Below are positions 1 through 10,673 of a stretch of 64,000 nt of DNA, piece by piece. The notes beneath the pieces were generated by a model, which was not told where the DNA came from, did no database searches, and worked only from the letters and a program-made list of their open reading frames with translations. The stretch covers positions 16,337 to 80,336 of the forward strand of contig JAUYIE010000020.1 in assembly GCA_030688365.1 (NCBI GenBank), given 5' to 3'. The stretch is from a bacterium. GTDB lineage: Bacteria; Patescibacteriota; Patescibacteriia; JACQRZ01. How positions within the stretch are numbered: position 1 is the stretch's first letter; each line of letters starts with the position of its first letter. Position numbers and translations under genes: made by a program.

Positions 1-135
1 ACCATGACATATACAATAATAGGGATTAACATCAAAAATACGAACAATAATAAGTCAAGTAGTATGATCAATGGATGACGACGCAAACTCAAGATAACAT
101 GCTCGTTTGGAAGTAGGTTGAGGTGTGGCATATGC

Positions 136-354
136 TTATGGATTTATGAGAGGAGTGCCCCAGTCGATTGCAAGTATATAATACCAGGAGACACCCATGA
201 TAATTATACTTCCAATCGCATATACGATTAAGAGTAATCCAGCAGCGGGCATTTCTTTTACATACGCAAGGAGATTCCAAATGATCAGTAAACTAAAGAT
301 AATCCAGAGAACAAGGAGAAGACCAAATGGGATGAGTAGGATACTTAGTGTCAT
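136..354 (-). CDS. small two-TM membrane protein
   Basis: 72-aa hydrophobic ORF starting 3 nt downstream of the argS stop. Confidence 0.6.
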   Translation of the reverse strand: MTLSILLIPFGLLLVLWIIFSLLIIWNLLAYVKEMPAAGLLLIVYAIGSIIIMGVSWYYILAIDWGTPLINP

Positions 355-357
355 ATA

Positions 358-2178
358 CTACATGTGGTCAAGAGTAGGGATGTTCAATAAATCAAGAGCG
401 TTTTGGAGGGTTCGCAATGCACTATCAATGACTGTCAACCGTGCAGTACGCGCAATGGGCGGAGCTTTAAGTACGGGTACTTCATGATAGTACTCATTGA
501 GTTTTTTGGCTAGGGTATAGGAATAGCGAGCGATTTTTGCTGGATTGTATTCAAGAGCAGACGTCCGTACCTCTTGCGGAAAAGTGGCAAGGTGTAGAAG
601 AAGTGATTTTTCTCCTTCAAAATCATATCCTTTCGGAACAGATACACCGGAATGATATTTACCTTTTTGTAAAATATTTTTAAAACGTGCATACGTATAG
701 AGCAGATATGGTCCTGTATTACCCTGAAATGATATGGACTCTTTTGGATTAAACATTACAGGATTTTGGGGGTCAGAGTGCAGAAGATAATATTTGAGAG
801 CAGCAAGCGCAATAGTATGTCCGCGGTGTTGAATTTCTTTTTTTGAAAGAGATGCTTCTCGCTGGCAAATTTCTTGTCTTGCAAGAGTCTCCAGTTCTGC
901 TAACAAATCATCAATATCCACCACCGTCCCTTCGCGTGACTTCATCTTTCCTTCCGGCAAAGTGACCATCCCGTAACTTGCGTGATAAAGTTTTTTGGCC
1001 CATTTGTAGCCGAGTATATCCAGTATGGCAAACAACTGTTTGAAATATAGATCTTGTTCGGCGCCAACCACATATACTGCGCGATCCAGTTTTAGTTGTT
1101 TGGCACGGTGGACTGCTAGATAGATATCTTGAGTGATATAGAGCGTCGTACCATCCTGGCGAAGAAGGACTTTATTTGGAAGATTATATTTTGAAAGATC
1201 CGCCATTACCGCGCCGGTCTCGTCTGTTGTAAAAATTTTCTTTTTTAGACCATTTAAAATCATATCCTTTCCTTTGGTATACATATCACTTTCTAGATAT
1301 GTATCGTCAAATGTGATTTCTAATTCTTTGTATGTTTGATTATGTCCATCAAGCGCCCATATATTCATTTTTTTCCAAAGCGCTCGTGTTTTTTTATCAT
1401 TCGCTTCCCATTTGAGCAGACAGTTTTGTGCTTCTTCAATGATCGCTTCTGATTTTTTTGCTTGTGCGTCAAACGCAACATAATAATCCCCCACAAAATG
1501 ATCTCCCTTGATTCCCGTGTTTTGCGGAGTCGGGACAGATTGCTTTTTTTCTTTGGCTTCTTGTATCGCTTCTTGATATGCAACCATAGATTTGCAGATA
1601 TGGATTCCGCGATCATTGACTACCTTTGTTTTGGTGACCGTATGACCCTGCGATATTAAGAGTTTTGCAATACTAGCACCAAGTGCGGCATTGCGTGTGT
1701 GTCCGACATGAAGGGGTTTGTTTGTATTGGGGGAAACGTACTCAATCATGATCTGTTCTTTTTGTTTTGCAGATCCTGTACCAAAATGTTTGTGTTTTAG
1801 AATCGTTGGTAATAATTCTTTTGCAAATGTATCAGGATTAAAAAAAATATTGACGTATGGTCCGGTTGCTACAATTTTTGTAATAGGTAATTTTTGTAGA
1901 GTTTTTGATTTGTTTAGGGCGATTGCTAGATCAATGGCAATCATTGGTGGTGCTTTTTTTGCAAGTATAGTAAGAGGAAAGCATGCAAACGCAATATCTC
2001 CCATCTCGGTTTGTGGTGGTTTTACAAAAGATGACGGAAATACCGTAAATGGTGTGTGGTAACAACTCGCAATACCTGTTTTAAAAAAGGAAGAAAGTGA
2101 TATAAGAAGCACATCCCACGTATCTACCATGGCGACGGAGCGCGACGGAGATTTTTTGCGCGATGCCTTCGTATTCAT
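358..2178 (-). CDS. argS: arginine--tRNA ligase
   Basis: EYVSPNTNKPLHVGH (HIGH), KMKSREG, GNTGPYLLYTYAR and DALR-type C-terminus; start may be 2130. Confidence 0.97.
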   Translation of the reverse strand: MNTKASRKKSPSRSVAMVDTWDVLLISLSSFFKTGIASCYHTPFTVFPSSFVKPPQTEMGDIAFACFPLTILAKKAPPMIAIDLAIALNKSKTLQKLPITKIVATGPYVNIFFNPDTFAKELLPTILKHKHFGTGSAKQKEQIMIEYVSPNTNKPLHVGHTRNAALGASIAKLLISQGHTVTKTKVVNDRGIHICKSMVAYQEAIQEAKEKKQSVPTPQNTGIKGDHFVGDYYVAFDAQAKKSEAIIEEAQNCLLKWEANDKKTRALWKKMNIWALDGHNQTYKELEITFDDTYLESDMYTKGKDMILNGLKKKIFTTDETGAVMADLSKYNLPNKVLLRQDGTTLYITQDIYLAVHRAKQLKLDRAVYVVGAEQDLYFKQLFAILDILGYKWAKKLYHASYGMVTLPEGKMKSREGTVVDIDDLLAELETLARQEICQREASLSKKEIQHRGHTIALAALKYYLLHSDPQNPVMFNPKESISFQGNTGPYLLYTYARFKNILQKGKYHSGVSVPKGYDFEGEKSLLLHLATFPQEVRTSALEYNPAKIARYSYTLAKKLNEYYHEVPVLKAPPIARTARLTVIDSALRTLQNALDLLNIPTLDHM

Positions 2179-2305
2179 AAAGTTTCAAGTATGTTTATTT
2201 TATACTGAAATACCAAAAGATACAATACTAAAATGTCATAATTGTGCATGACAGGTTTTTGGGGTAAAATAAAACCGATGTTGGTGCTTATTACACCTCG
2301 ATCGG

Positions 2306-2512
2306 TTATTTTTTCTTTGTTTTTACCCAAAGGAAAACGACTACCCCGCCCAAGAGAATGTAAGCGATGTAATGCATCAAAAAATAAATAAAATACGAGA
2401 CTACCCTTGCTATCAAGGCAATAAGAAAGTCTTTAGCAAAGATTACTAGCAGTATAAATGCGACAAATGCGACAAAAATTACTGTTCCTATGAGATTCCA
2501 CCTACTTAACAT
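2306..2512 (-). CDS. small membrane protein
   Basis: hydrophobic 68-aa ORF overlapping the upstream ORF by 1 nt. Confidence 0.55.
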   Translation of the reverse strand: MLSRWNLIGTVIFVAFVAFILLVIFAKDFLIALIARVVSYFIYFLMHYIAYILLGGVVVFLWVKTKKK

Positions 2513-2826
2513 TATTTTTTCTCCTTTTTCTTTTTACCAAATCCAAGAATTTTTTTAGCTTTCTTGACTGGTTTTGAAATCCAGAGGTAAATCCAGATCC
2601 CCAATCCTGTCATGATAGCTGTCCCCTCCAGCAGAGCTTGGTTTTGGGGTGTTATGACTGGTGGGTTAATCCAAAAGCACACTCCGATAAAGAGAATTAT
2701 GCTCCAAAGTGCTCTTTTTGGGGTCTGAGAACACCAACTGAAAATCCATTTTGTTAGTGTCCATATCTTTTTTGAAACAAACTTTCCTGCTGTTGCCAAA
2801 AATTCTAATATTTCTGCTTTATTCAT
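2512..2826 (-). CDS. small membrane protein with Lys-rich tail
   Basis: two hydrophobic segments; GAGG upstream; TTGACA promoter-like element near 2911. Confidence 0.6.
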   Translation of the reverse strand: MNKAEILEFLATAGKFVSKKIWTLTKWIFSWCSQTPKRALWSIILFIGVCFWINPPVITPQNQALLEGTAIMTGLGIWIYLWISKPVKKAKKILGFGKKKKEKK

Positions 2827-2920
2827 GATGTTTTCCTCTCAAGACATCAATATCCGTCTAGCTCTCTTGTAAAGAACCAACACTAAACATATACTATATT
2901 TATACACTTTTGTCAATACT

Positions 2921-3607
2921 ATGCTTACTAAAAATCAGGAAAAACTTATCGCGTCACTTCAGACCCAAAAAGGTCGCGAGTTAGAGGGTTTATGCCTTGT
3001 AGAGGGGAAAAAGGTCATTGAAACAGCGGGGAAAGCTGTACTTTTTACGTTTACATCAAAAGATACAAAACAATTTAAAAAGCTGGTGACTACAGAAACA
3101 CCACAAGACCTTGCCGGGGTGGCGACGATACCGACATGGACTATCAAGGATATAACCAAATCCTCTACTATTGTCGTTTTGGATGGAATACAAGATCCAG
3201 GGAATGTGGGAAGTATACTGCGTCTCTGCTTGGGTTTTGATGCTTCACTGGTACTTATTGAATCTGCGGATATCACAAGTCCAAAAGTCGTCCGTGCATC
3301 TGCCGGTACTATGTTTTCCGTGCCGTGGATTGAGTGCGCGCGTAAAGGCGCGGATGAGCTGATACACAAAATCAATCGTCCTGTGTATCGTCTTGAAGCA
3401 CGCAAAGGTGCGACCGTAGTTTCAAACGAATCTATAAAAAAATTGGAAAACAAAGTTATCATCATTGCGGGGTCGGAAGGATCAGGGATCACACTGCCTG
3501 TCGCCGGTACGTCTTTACGAATCCCTCATGATGCTGATTTGGAATCCCTTAATGTCGGACACTCTCTCGCTATACTTTTAGCGATGAGATATATATCACG
3601 CTCGTGA
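2921..3607 (+). CDS. TrmH/SpoU family RNA methyltransferase
   Basis: LDGIQDPGNVGSILR, GSEGSGI, ESLNV SPOUT motifs. Confidence 0.93.
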   Translation: MLTKNQEKLIASLQTQKGRELEGLCLVEGKKVIETAGKAVLFTFTSKDTKQFKKLVTTETPQDLAGVATIPTWTIKDITKSSTIVVLDGIQDPGNVGSILRLCLGFDASLVLIESADITSPKVVRASAGTMFSVPWIECARKGADELIHKINRPVYRLEARKGATVVSNESIKKLENKVIIIAGSEGSGITLPVAGTSLRIPHDADLESLNVGHSLAILLAMRYISRS

Positions 3608-4149
3608 AGGTAACGCTTCAGCGACATCGTCCCATATGTTAGTTAGCAAGGTTTGTACTTCTTGTTCTTCTTTGCTGAGTTCTGGTGTATTTTTATTTTC
3701 AGCTGATTTTGAAAAGGGATAGGTTCCATCGCCGAATGATCTAAGTGAAAAGGTTATCTCATCTTTTTTGCAAAAAGATTTTAACGGCGGTGACTACTTG
3801 GGGTTCAATCATTTCCCAATATATATTCTCTCCTAAAAGTGCTTTTTCTTCTTCTGTTTGTTCAAGACTATTTTTTTCGCGATTAGTCCATTGTTCTTGT
3901 CGTTGTTTGATAATCTTTTTTCGCAAGATTGCATATTGTGATTCCATTAGTATGTCTTTATAACATTCGGCATCATTCGCATATAGGGTTGTAAATTCCT
4001 CTGATTTGTTTTTTTTTAAGTTGTGTCATAAACGCATGAAGTTCATGCTCATCAGCATTTTCTAAAAGACGTACAATCTCAACGCCTTGGTTAAGGTTAT
4101 AGCCAGCTAGTATTTGTTCTGGCGTTGATTGTGTTGGTATCTCGTACAT
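3596..4149 (-). pseudogene. frameshifted hypothetical gene
   Basis: reading starts MYEIPTQSTPEQ at 4149, shifts frame at the A9 run (4009-4017) into the MESQYAILRKK frame, shifts again near 3765 and ends TGA at 3596. Confidence 0.5.
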
Positions 4150-4163
4150 AATTTATTGTGTTA

Positions 4164-5360
4164 TTACCCCATCACTTTCACGAAATACCTCTTCCCTTTT
4201 TGGATGATTGTTCCTTTCGCAGGGATAGTGATTGAGTATTTAATATCATCTACAATTTCATCGTCTATTTTCACTGACTTTTGTTTGATCAGAGCGCGTG
4301 CGTCCGTTGTGCTCGTTGCGAGTTTTGTTTCTACTAGTGCATTTATAAGAGAAATGTTTTTCTTTGCGATTTTGAAGACAGGTATTTCATCCGGTCGTTT
4401 TTGTTGCTGAAATACTTGGATAAATTGTGCTTCTGCTTGTTCACTGTCTTTTTTGCTGTGATACATCGTGGTGATTTCTCGCGCAAGAAACATTTTTGCA
4501 TCACGTGGATTGAGTGTACCGGCTTTAATATCATGAGACATCTTGCTGATTTCTTTTTCCGGAATTTTTGTTGCAAGGTCAAAGTATTTCCACATGATCT
4601 TATCCGATATAGACATCACCTTGCCATACATATCGGCTGGTACATCAGTGATATTGATGGTGTTGCCCAAACTTTTTGACATTTTTTCATTACCATCAGT
4701 GCCGGGGATGTAAGGAAATAAAATCACATCTTGCTCTGGCATGCCGTGGCTGTGTTGTACTTCCCTGCCCATCAGTACATTAAATTTTTGATCCATGCCA
4801 CCGAGTTCAACATCCGCCTTGATCATCACCGAGTCATATCCTTGCATGAGCGGATACAATATTTCTTGTGCGTGGAGTGGTTGATTTTTTTTCAGGCGCT
4901 CACCAAAGGTTTCGTGTGCCAAAAGACGATTGAGTGTAGTGGTCGCCATGAGTTCAATCACGTCGCGTAAGGTAAATTTTGAAAACCATTCGGAATTACG
5001 GTGTACCTCTGTCTTCTTTTTATCAAGAATACTAAATACTTGCGTGAGATACATATCCGCATTGCGTTTTGTTTCTTCGTGGCTTATGAGCTTGCGTGCC
5101 TCCGATCGATCAGACGGATCACCAAGTTGTGCGGTGTAGTCGCCCAAGATAAGGACTGCGGTATGTCCCGCGTCTTGAAACTCACGAAGTTTATGAAGCG
5201 GTACAGTGTGGCCAATATGGATTTGTGGCTTGTTGGCATCAATACCGTACTTGATACGAAGTTTCTCGCCTTTTTTGAGACGCGCTTCAAGGTGTTTGCG
5301 ATCAATCACTTCTGCGACTCCGCGCGAAAGAAGAGAATGAATAGGATCGTTGTGTGTCAT
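4164..5360 (-). CDS. tyrS: tyrosine--tRNA ligase
   Basis: HIGH, YPLMQGYD, GGMDQKFN, KMSKS and C-terminal S4 domain. Confidence 0.97.
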   Translation of the reverse strand: MTHNDPIHSLLSRGVAEVIDRKHLEARLKKGEKLRIKYGIDANKPQIHIGHTVPLHKLREFQDAGHTAVLILGDYTAQLGDPSDRSEARKLISHEETKRNADMYLTQVFSILDKKKTEVHRNSEWFSKFTLRDVIELMATTTLNRLLAHETFGERLKKNQPLHAQEILYPLMQGYDSVMIKADVELGGMDQKFNVLMGREVQHSHGMPEQDVILFPYIPGTDGNEKMSKSLGNTINITDVPADMYGKVMSISDKIMWKYFDLATKIPEKEISKMSHDIKAGTLNPRDAKMFLAREITTMYHSKKDSEQAEAQFIQVFQQQKRPDEIPVFKIAKKNISLINALVETKLATSTTDARALIKQKSVKIDDEIVDDIKYSITIPAKGTIIQKGKRYFVKVMG

Positions 5361-5389
5361 ATATGATGAGTACTCATTAAGTACTTTTA

Positions 5390-8131
5390 TTATATCAGTC
5401 TTTTGCGTTGTTCTTGCATGCGTACGAGCTCATCTTGATAGTTGGCGACTTTTTGATGCAAATCTTGGACGATATGTTCCGGTGCTTTAGCCACAAACTC
5501 TTGGTTTGCGAGTTGTCCGTTTGTTTTTCCAATAAGAGATTCTATGTTGATGATTTCTTTATCAAGACGTGTCTTTTCTTCTTCAATCTTCATGGAAGTC
5601 AACGGGATATATATCTCAATGTCTTCTGTTGTAAGAAACAACGCGCTGTGCGGTTTTTTTCCGCTATCTTGTATAGTGAGTTGTCCGGCATGTGTAAGTC
5701 GTGTGATGGTATCTATGTGTGGTGTAAGAAATGCGCTTTTGTGCGGAGTGTAAAAAATCAGATTGATTTTTTCACCAGCGGATATGTGATTTTCTGATCG
5801 TGCATTACGTATGGTTTGGACGATTTTTTGTAATGATAAAAATTCTTGTTCTATTTTTTCGTCTATAGCTGACGAGTTTGATTGTGGCCATGCGCGTACC
5901 ATAAGCAGTGCAGGTCGGTCAGGGTGTGTGGGTGGAAATGAAGACAATGCAAGACGATATATCTCTTCTGTGACAAATGGCGCCATCGGATGCCATAAGA
6001 CTAGTAATACCTCAAGAATAGAAAGTAGCAATGCGCGCTTATCCCCCTCCACTTTACTTATCTCAACATACCAATCTGCAAAATCATCCCATGTGAATAC
6101 TCGTAGTAATTCTGCTGCATGAGAAAATTCATAGTGTTCAATAGATTTTGAAACCTCTGCGATAAGATTGTTGAGTCGGCTGATGATCCATCGGTCTGCA
6201 AGAGTATATTGCGGTTTTTTTGCTGTTTTTTCGGATTTTTCCTCGTTACCAGTGAAGGTCAAAATGTATCTACTAATATTCCATAGTTTGTTTACGAAAT
6301 TTCGATAGCTCTCGACCTTGTCTTGGGAAAGTCGCATACTATTTCCTGGTGTCACGCCGATTAACAAACTTAACCTCAATGCATCTGTACCATATTTTTC
6401 GATCATCTCAAGAGGATCAATAGCAGTTTCTTCATGAGACTTGCTCATCTTTCGTCCATTTTTATCCAAAACCATCCCATGAAGATAGATTGTTTTAAAT
6501 GGCGCTTCATCAAGCGCGTATTCCGTCATCAAGATCATTCTGTTTACCCAAAAGGTGAGGATATCCCACATGGTATCCAAAACAGTAGTAGGATGAAAAG
6601 TAGCCAAATCACCTTTTTTAATAATTTTTCCATCTTTTTCTTCTGCATTGTCTGGCCAGCCCATCGTACTAAACGTCCACATACCGGATGAAAACCAGGT
6701 ATCAAGTGTATCTTCTTCGGGTGTGGGTTTTGTGTTGCTACATTTTGGACACTGTAGCGGTTCTTCTACACTGACGATTGTCTCACCGCATCCTCCATTT
6801 TCCGGCAAACAATAGGATACAGGGATTTGATGGCCAAACCATATTTGTCGCGAAATACACCAATCACGAAGATTTTCCGTCCATTGAAAATATTGTTTTT
6901 CAAATCGTTGTGGGATTATTTGAATATCTTTTGAATGTATTGCACGAAGTCCCATCTCTTTAAGAGATTCATTATGGCGAGGGGTTTTTTTGTTAACATC
7001 AATAAACCATTGCAAGGAAGTAATTGGCTCAATGATAGTATCGCAACGATAACAGACGCCGACGCTATTTGAATATGTTTTCTTTTTTTCAAATAGACCT
7101 GCGGTCTGCAGTGCTGATATGACTGCTTCTCTCGCAGTGTAGCGATCCATACCTTCAAATTGCTGAATAGACGAAAGATCGTGGTTTGCCTTTCTTAAAG
7201 AATCAAAGTTGATTTTGGCTTCGTCATCAAGTATGCGATATGTCGGTAGGTTGTATTTTCTACCGATTTCAAAATCGTTCGGATCATGCGCGGGGGTGAT
7301 TTTGAGTGAACCGGTACCAAACTCCATATCCACATATTCATCTGCAATGACAGGAATATCACGATTGGCAAGCGGAAGTGTTACGACATTACCAATGTAC
7401 TGTTGATAGCGCGGGTCGTTTGGATTGACGGCGACCGCAACATCGCCAAGCATTGTTTCGGGGCGCGTTGTGGCTACGGTAAGAAATGCCTCACTATTTT
7501 TTATAGGATATTTGATGTAGTACAATATGCCTTCCTGGTCTTTATGATTTACCTCATCATCTGCCAAAGTGGACATACAACGAGGACACCAGTTGACAAT
7601 GCGTGTTCCACGATATATCAGATCGTCTTTGTACATACGAGCAAACATTGTGCGCACTGCCTTTGTCATGGCGGGTTCCAAGGTATACCGTTCTCTGCTC
7701 CAATCACAACTCGCGCCTAGAAGCCGTCCTTGATTACTGATATCACTACGCGATTGTTCTACATATTGAGATACGCGTTCAAGGAATTTTTCACGGCCGA
7801 GATCATGGCGAGAGATACCTTCCTTTGCAAGAAGTTTTTCTACTTTATTTGTGCTCGCGATGGATGCGTGGTCAGTACCGGGAAGCCATAGTGTCTTATC
7901 TCCTTTCATGCGGTGATAGCGAGTCATGAGATCTTCCAGTACATACCCTAGCGCATGACCGGTATGAAGTCTGCCTGTCGCGTTTGGCGGGGGCATGATG
8001 ATACAAAAAGGATTCTTGGCCTCCGGGTAGGCATCAGGATTAAAAAGACCGGAATCCAACCATGCCTTGTAGGTGCGATTTTCGACATTTTGAGGCTCGT
8101 AAGCTTTGGGAAGCTCGTTTGATGATTCCAT
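5390..8131 (-). CDS. valS: valine--tRNA ligase
   Basis: PPPNATGRLHTGH, ATTRPET, DWCISRQ, LDTWFSS, KMSKS and C-terminal coiled coil; start set at MESSNELPKAY. Confidence 0.97.
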   Translation of the reverse strand: MESSNELPKAYEPQNVENRTYKAWLDSGLFNPDAYPEAKNPFCIIMPPPNATGRLHTGHALGYVLEDLMTRYHRMKGDKTLWLPGTDHASIASTNKVEKLLAKEGISRHDLGREKFLERVSQYVEQSRSDISNQGRLLGASCDWSRERYTLEPAMTKAVRTMFARMYKDDLIYRGTRIVNWCPRCMSTLADDEVNHKDQEGILYYIKYPIKNSEAFLTVATTRPETMLGDVAVAVNPNDPRYQQYIGNVVTLPLANRDIPVIADEYVDMEFGTGSLKITPAHDPNDFEIGRKYNLPTYRILDDEAKINFDSLRKANHDLSSIQQFEGMDRYTAREAVISALQTAGLFEKKKTYSNSVGVCYRCDTIIEPITSLQWFIDVNKKTPRHNESLKEMGLRAIHSKDIQIIPQRFEKQYFQWTENLRDWCISRQIWFGHQIPVSYCLPENGGCGETIVSVEEPLQCPKCSNTKPTPEEDTLDTWFSSGMWTFSTMGWPDNAEEKDGKIIKKGDLATFHPTTVLDTMWDILTFWVNRMILMTEYALDEAPFKTIYLHGMVLDKNGRKMSKSHEETAIDPLEMIEKYGTDALRLSLLIGVTPGNSMRLSQDKVESYRNFVNKLWNISRYILTFTGNEEKSEKTAKKPQYTLADRWIISRLNNLIAEVSKSIEHYEFSHAAELLRVFTWDDFADWYVEISKVEGDKRALLLSILEVLLVLWHPMAPFVTEEIYRLALSSFPPTHPDRPALLMVRAWPQSNSSAIDEKIEQEFLSLQKIVQTIRNARSENHISAGEKINLIFYTPHKSAFLTPHIDTITRLTHAGQLTIQDSGKKPHSALFLTTEDIEIYIPLTSMKIEEEKTRLDKEIINIESLIGKTNGQLANQEFVAKAPEHIVQDLHQKVANYQDELVRMQEQRKRLI

Positions 8132-8510
8132 AGCGAAAAAGATAAGAAATACTACACAAATAGTACCAAGCAATGGCTTTAGAGGCAAATAATGGCTAAA
8201 TTATAGAAAAAACTCTATTATTTATGAGTTTTGACATTAGACACTTGACAAAATGGGAAAAACCTGATAGTTTGTATGTAGGTTGAGAGTTATATCAGTG
8301 AACATGATGTCGACCATGTTCGGATGGAGTAAAAAAAATGAAGCATTTTTCAAATTATTTTGTTTACCGATCGGGACGTGTTTTATGTTCAATTGGTAAA
8401 AATTCTGGAGGCTAACGGTAATGGGTTAATCTCCTAAAAAAAGGTCTGACAGATCACAGAATACCATTAATATGGTAAATCTATGGCTCTCGTCGGACCT
8501 CTTTTCTTTT

Positions 8511-9245
8511 CTAAATTTTCTTCAAGGATTTTAAAGCAAGTTCAAAAACAATCAATAGAGTTTTTGCTATAGCGTCACTTTCAATGATGACAGAATTCAT
8601 TTTACCCTCAAAAGTGATGAAAGCGATTTTTTTATCTACGATCAATATCTCTGAATTGAAATGGGGATATTCAGCCGGAAGTTTAGTCGTATGAGCTATG
8701 CTTGCTGAGCCCGGCTCCCCAATAGCAAGATACTCAAGCTTTGTGTTATTTCTTTTAATTGCATCTTTGAATGGTTGCGTATCTTCTGGCGTAAGTATTT
8801 GTTTGACGGCATCAAAGTCAGTAATACCAAGAATTCTTTTTGGTTTTGAACCTTCAATATCTTCCAGTATCGCCTTAATCCCCTCTTTACCCTCAAACAT
8901 TTTTACTACCGGATGTTCACCTCGTGCCTTGAGTTTGAGTTCAGGCAAAACCCGTGATAAATCACCGATCTTTTCTTTCATCTCCTGTTGCTTACGTTCC
9001 GCATACGCGAGTAGTTTTTCAGGATCCTCTGATACGTAATATTTCTTTTTTCCTTTTAAAACACTGGACATCAATCCACGCTTGGTGAGGATCTCAATAG
9101 CAACATATGTCGCTTGTCGAGAAAGCTTCGTGAGCTTGGTCAGGTCAATCACTGTCCCTGGTCCATGCTCAAGGGATGCCGTGTAGGTATTGATTTCGCT
9201 ATCTACAAAGCCCAGTGAGTGCAAAATAGAAGTAATGTGTTGCAT
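8511..9245 (-). CDS. TrmB-family transcriptional regulator
   Basis: N-terminal wHTH (LGF..E...Y...L; SRQATY..L...GL), coiled coil, VKMFEGKEGI. Confidence 0.85.
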   Translation of the reverse strand: MQHITSILHSLGFVDSEINTYTASLEHGPGTVIDLTKLTKLSRQATYVAIEILTKRGLMSSVLKGKKKYYVSEDPEKLLAYAERKQQEMKEKIGDLSRVLPELKLKARGEHPVVKMFEGKEGIKAILEDIEGSKPKRILGITDFDAVKQILTPEDTQPFKDAIKRNNTKLEYLAIGEPGSASIAHTTKLPAEYPHFNSEILIVDKKIAFITFEGKMNSVIIESDAIAKTLLIVFELALKSLKKI

Positions 9246-9309
9246 AAGAGGGATATATAATACTTATGACTGCGAATATTGTACCATAGTATACCCACAT
9301 TGTTTACTT

Positions 9310-9338
9310 TTGACAATGGACGCCCTTGGCCGTATCAT
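9310..9338 (+). promoter_or_regulatory. sigma70 promoter of tRNA-Ile
   Basis: TTGACA-17 nt-TATCAT, 9 nt upstream of the tRNA. Confidence 0.75.
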
Positions 9339-9347
9339 AAGGGGCAT

Positions 9348-9424
9348 GCGCGCATAGCTCAGCCGGTTAGAGCAGAGATCTTATAAGTCTCAGGTCGGTG
9401 GTTCGAGTCCACCTGCGCGCACCA
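9348..9424 (+). tRNA. tRNA-Ile(UAU)
   Basis: acceptor GCGCGCA/TGCGCGC, anticodon stem GAGAT/GTCTC, loop CT-TAT-AA, GTTCGA T-loop, A73 and encoded CCA. Confidence 0.93.
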
Positions 9425-9435
9425 GAGAAAGTCTT

Positions 9436-10224
9436 CTATATTATTGAGGGCTTTTTTGATTCAATCTCGTCCCAGATTCCTTTGAAAAGATGTCGCATAC
9501 TATCTGCAATGGTCTTGTCGTATAGTTCAATAAGATAGAAAGGGTGTTGGCGGGTATTTACAAATACTACATAATCACCATTAACCCATGTTGATGACTG
9601 AAAATTTGCACCTTTTTTCCAAAACAGCAAGTTTCTTCGGTTATAATCACGCGGTTTCATTATTTTTGTTTCAAATTCGGATTCATTTGTGAGCATATTT
9701 AGAGATACATTCTGCGAGAAAGGTTGTTTCCATTGCCAGTCAATCCATTTTACGTATTCTGTTGCAAAGGTATGATCTTGAAAACCCCAGAATATCCCAT
9801 CTCTTTCAAGTAAACTCTCACTCCATATTGGCAATCTTGAATATAAATAATTTTCTAGCTGTTCTTCGGAGATAAAAATGAGCTTTGGGATGTGATATGG
9901 TGCGTCCTTCGTTGCCTCCTGAAGTTGGGTAATTGCTTGTGTGATAAGGTTTTTTTGAATATCAAGTTTTTCTTCCTCTTGTTTAGTGAGGTTAGCAAGA
10001 TCTTGGAGCGGTAGTGCAACCAAATATGTCTTAGTACTCCCCAAATCCTCGGCAATTATGCCTTTTTTGATCAAATCAGAGGCGACGCTATATACCGTGG
10101 TACGGTTTATACCTGTTTCCTTGGCTATCTGAGTAGGTGTCGTCTTGCCAGCATGTAGTATGGCCAAATAAATTTTGGCCTCTTTATCACTAAAACCCAG
10201 TTGTTTGAGTATTTCTTGTGGCAT
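9436..10224 (-). CDS. TrmB-family transcriptional regulator
   Basis: LGFSDKEAKIYL...INRTTVY wHTH; start set at MPQEILK. Confidence 0.85.
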   Translation of the reverse strand: MPQEILKQLGFSDKEAKIYLAILHAGKTTPTQIAKETGINRTTVYSVASDLIKKGIIAEDLGSTKTYLVALPLQDLANLTKQEEEKLDIQKNLITQAITQLQEATKDAPYHIPKLIFISEEQLENYLYSRLPIWSESLLERDGIFWGFQDHTFATEYVKWIDWQWKQPFSQNVSLNMLTNESEFETKIMKPRDYNRRNLLFWKKGANFQSSTWVNGDYVVFVNTRQHPFYLIELYDKTIADSMRHLFKGIWDEIESKKPSII

Positions 10225-10439
10225 ATTTGAGTATATAATAGTATGTTGTTGGAATACTGTCAACAATATATCCTTTATGTCATAATATTTTTTATACAAA
10301 AAGGAAATATTGGTCTAAAAACTGTTGGAAGACTATTGACAATCTGTTGGATTCGTGGTATACTTCTCTTTGTTGAGTTAGTTGAAAACAAAAATAATAT
10401 TATATATGTTCCACGTGGAACATTAAAGGAGAAATCGAG

Positions 10440-10673
10440 ATGAGTAATAGTAATCAAGTACAGTATTGTAAGGCGTGCTTGCGCACGCGGGATACTAATT
10501 TCTTTAGCATCGGTTTGTTCATCATATGTGATGAATGTGTTAATCGGTATTATAAAAGAAAAACTTGTCCTAAATGTCTTTGTACTAGCTTTAAGCTAAG
10601 AGCTTTTTGGCACGTGGAGTGTGCCAATTGTGGCGAGGTATTTTTACAGTATAAAAATAAAAACGAAAAATGA
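10440..10673 (+). CDS. small Cys-rich double zinc-ribbon protein
   Basis: four CxxC pairs; AAGGAG RBS; followed by a hairpin at 10687-10712. Confidence 0.7.
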   Translation: MSNSNQVQYCKACLRTRDTNFFSIGLFIICDECVNRYYKRKTCPKCLCTSFKLRAFWHVECANCGEVFLQYKNKNEK

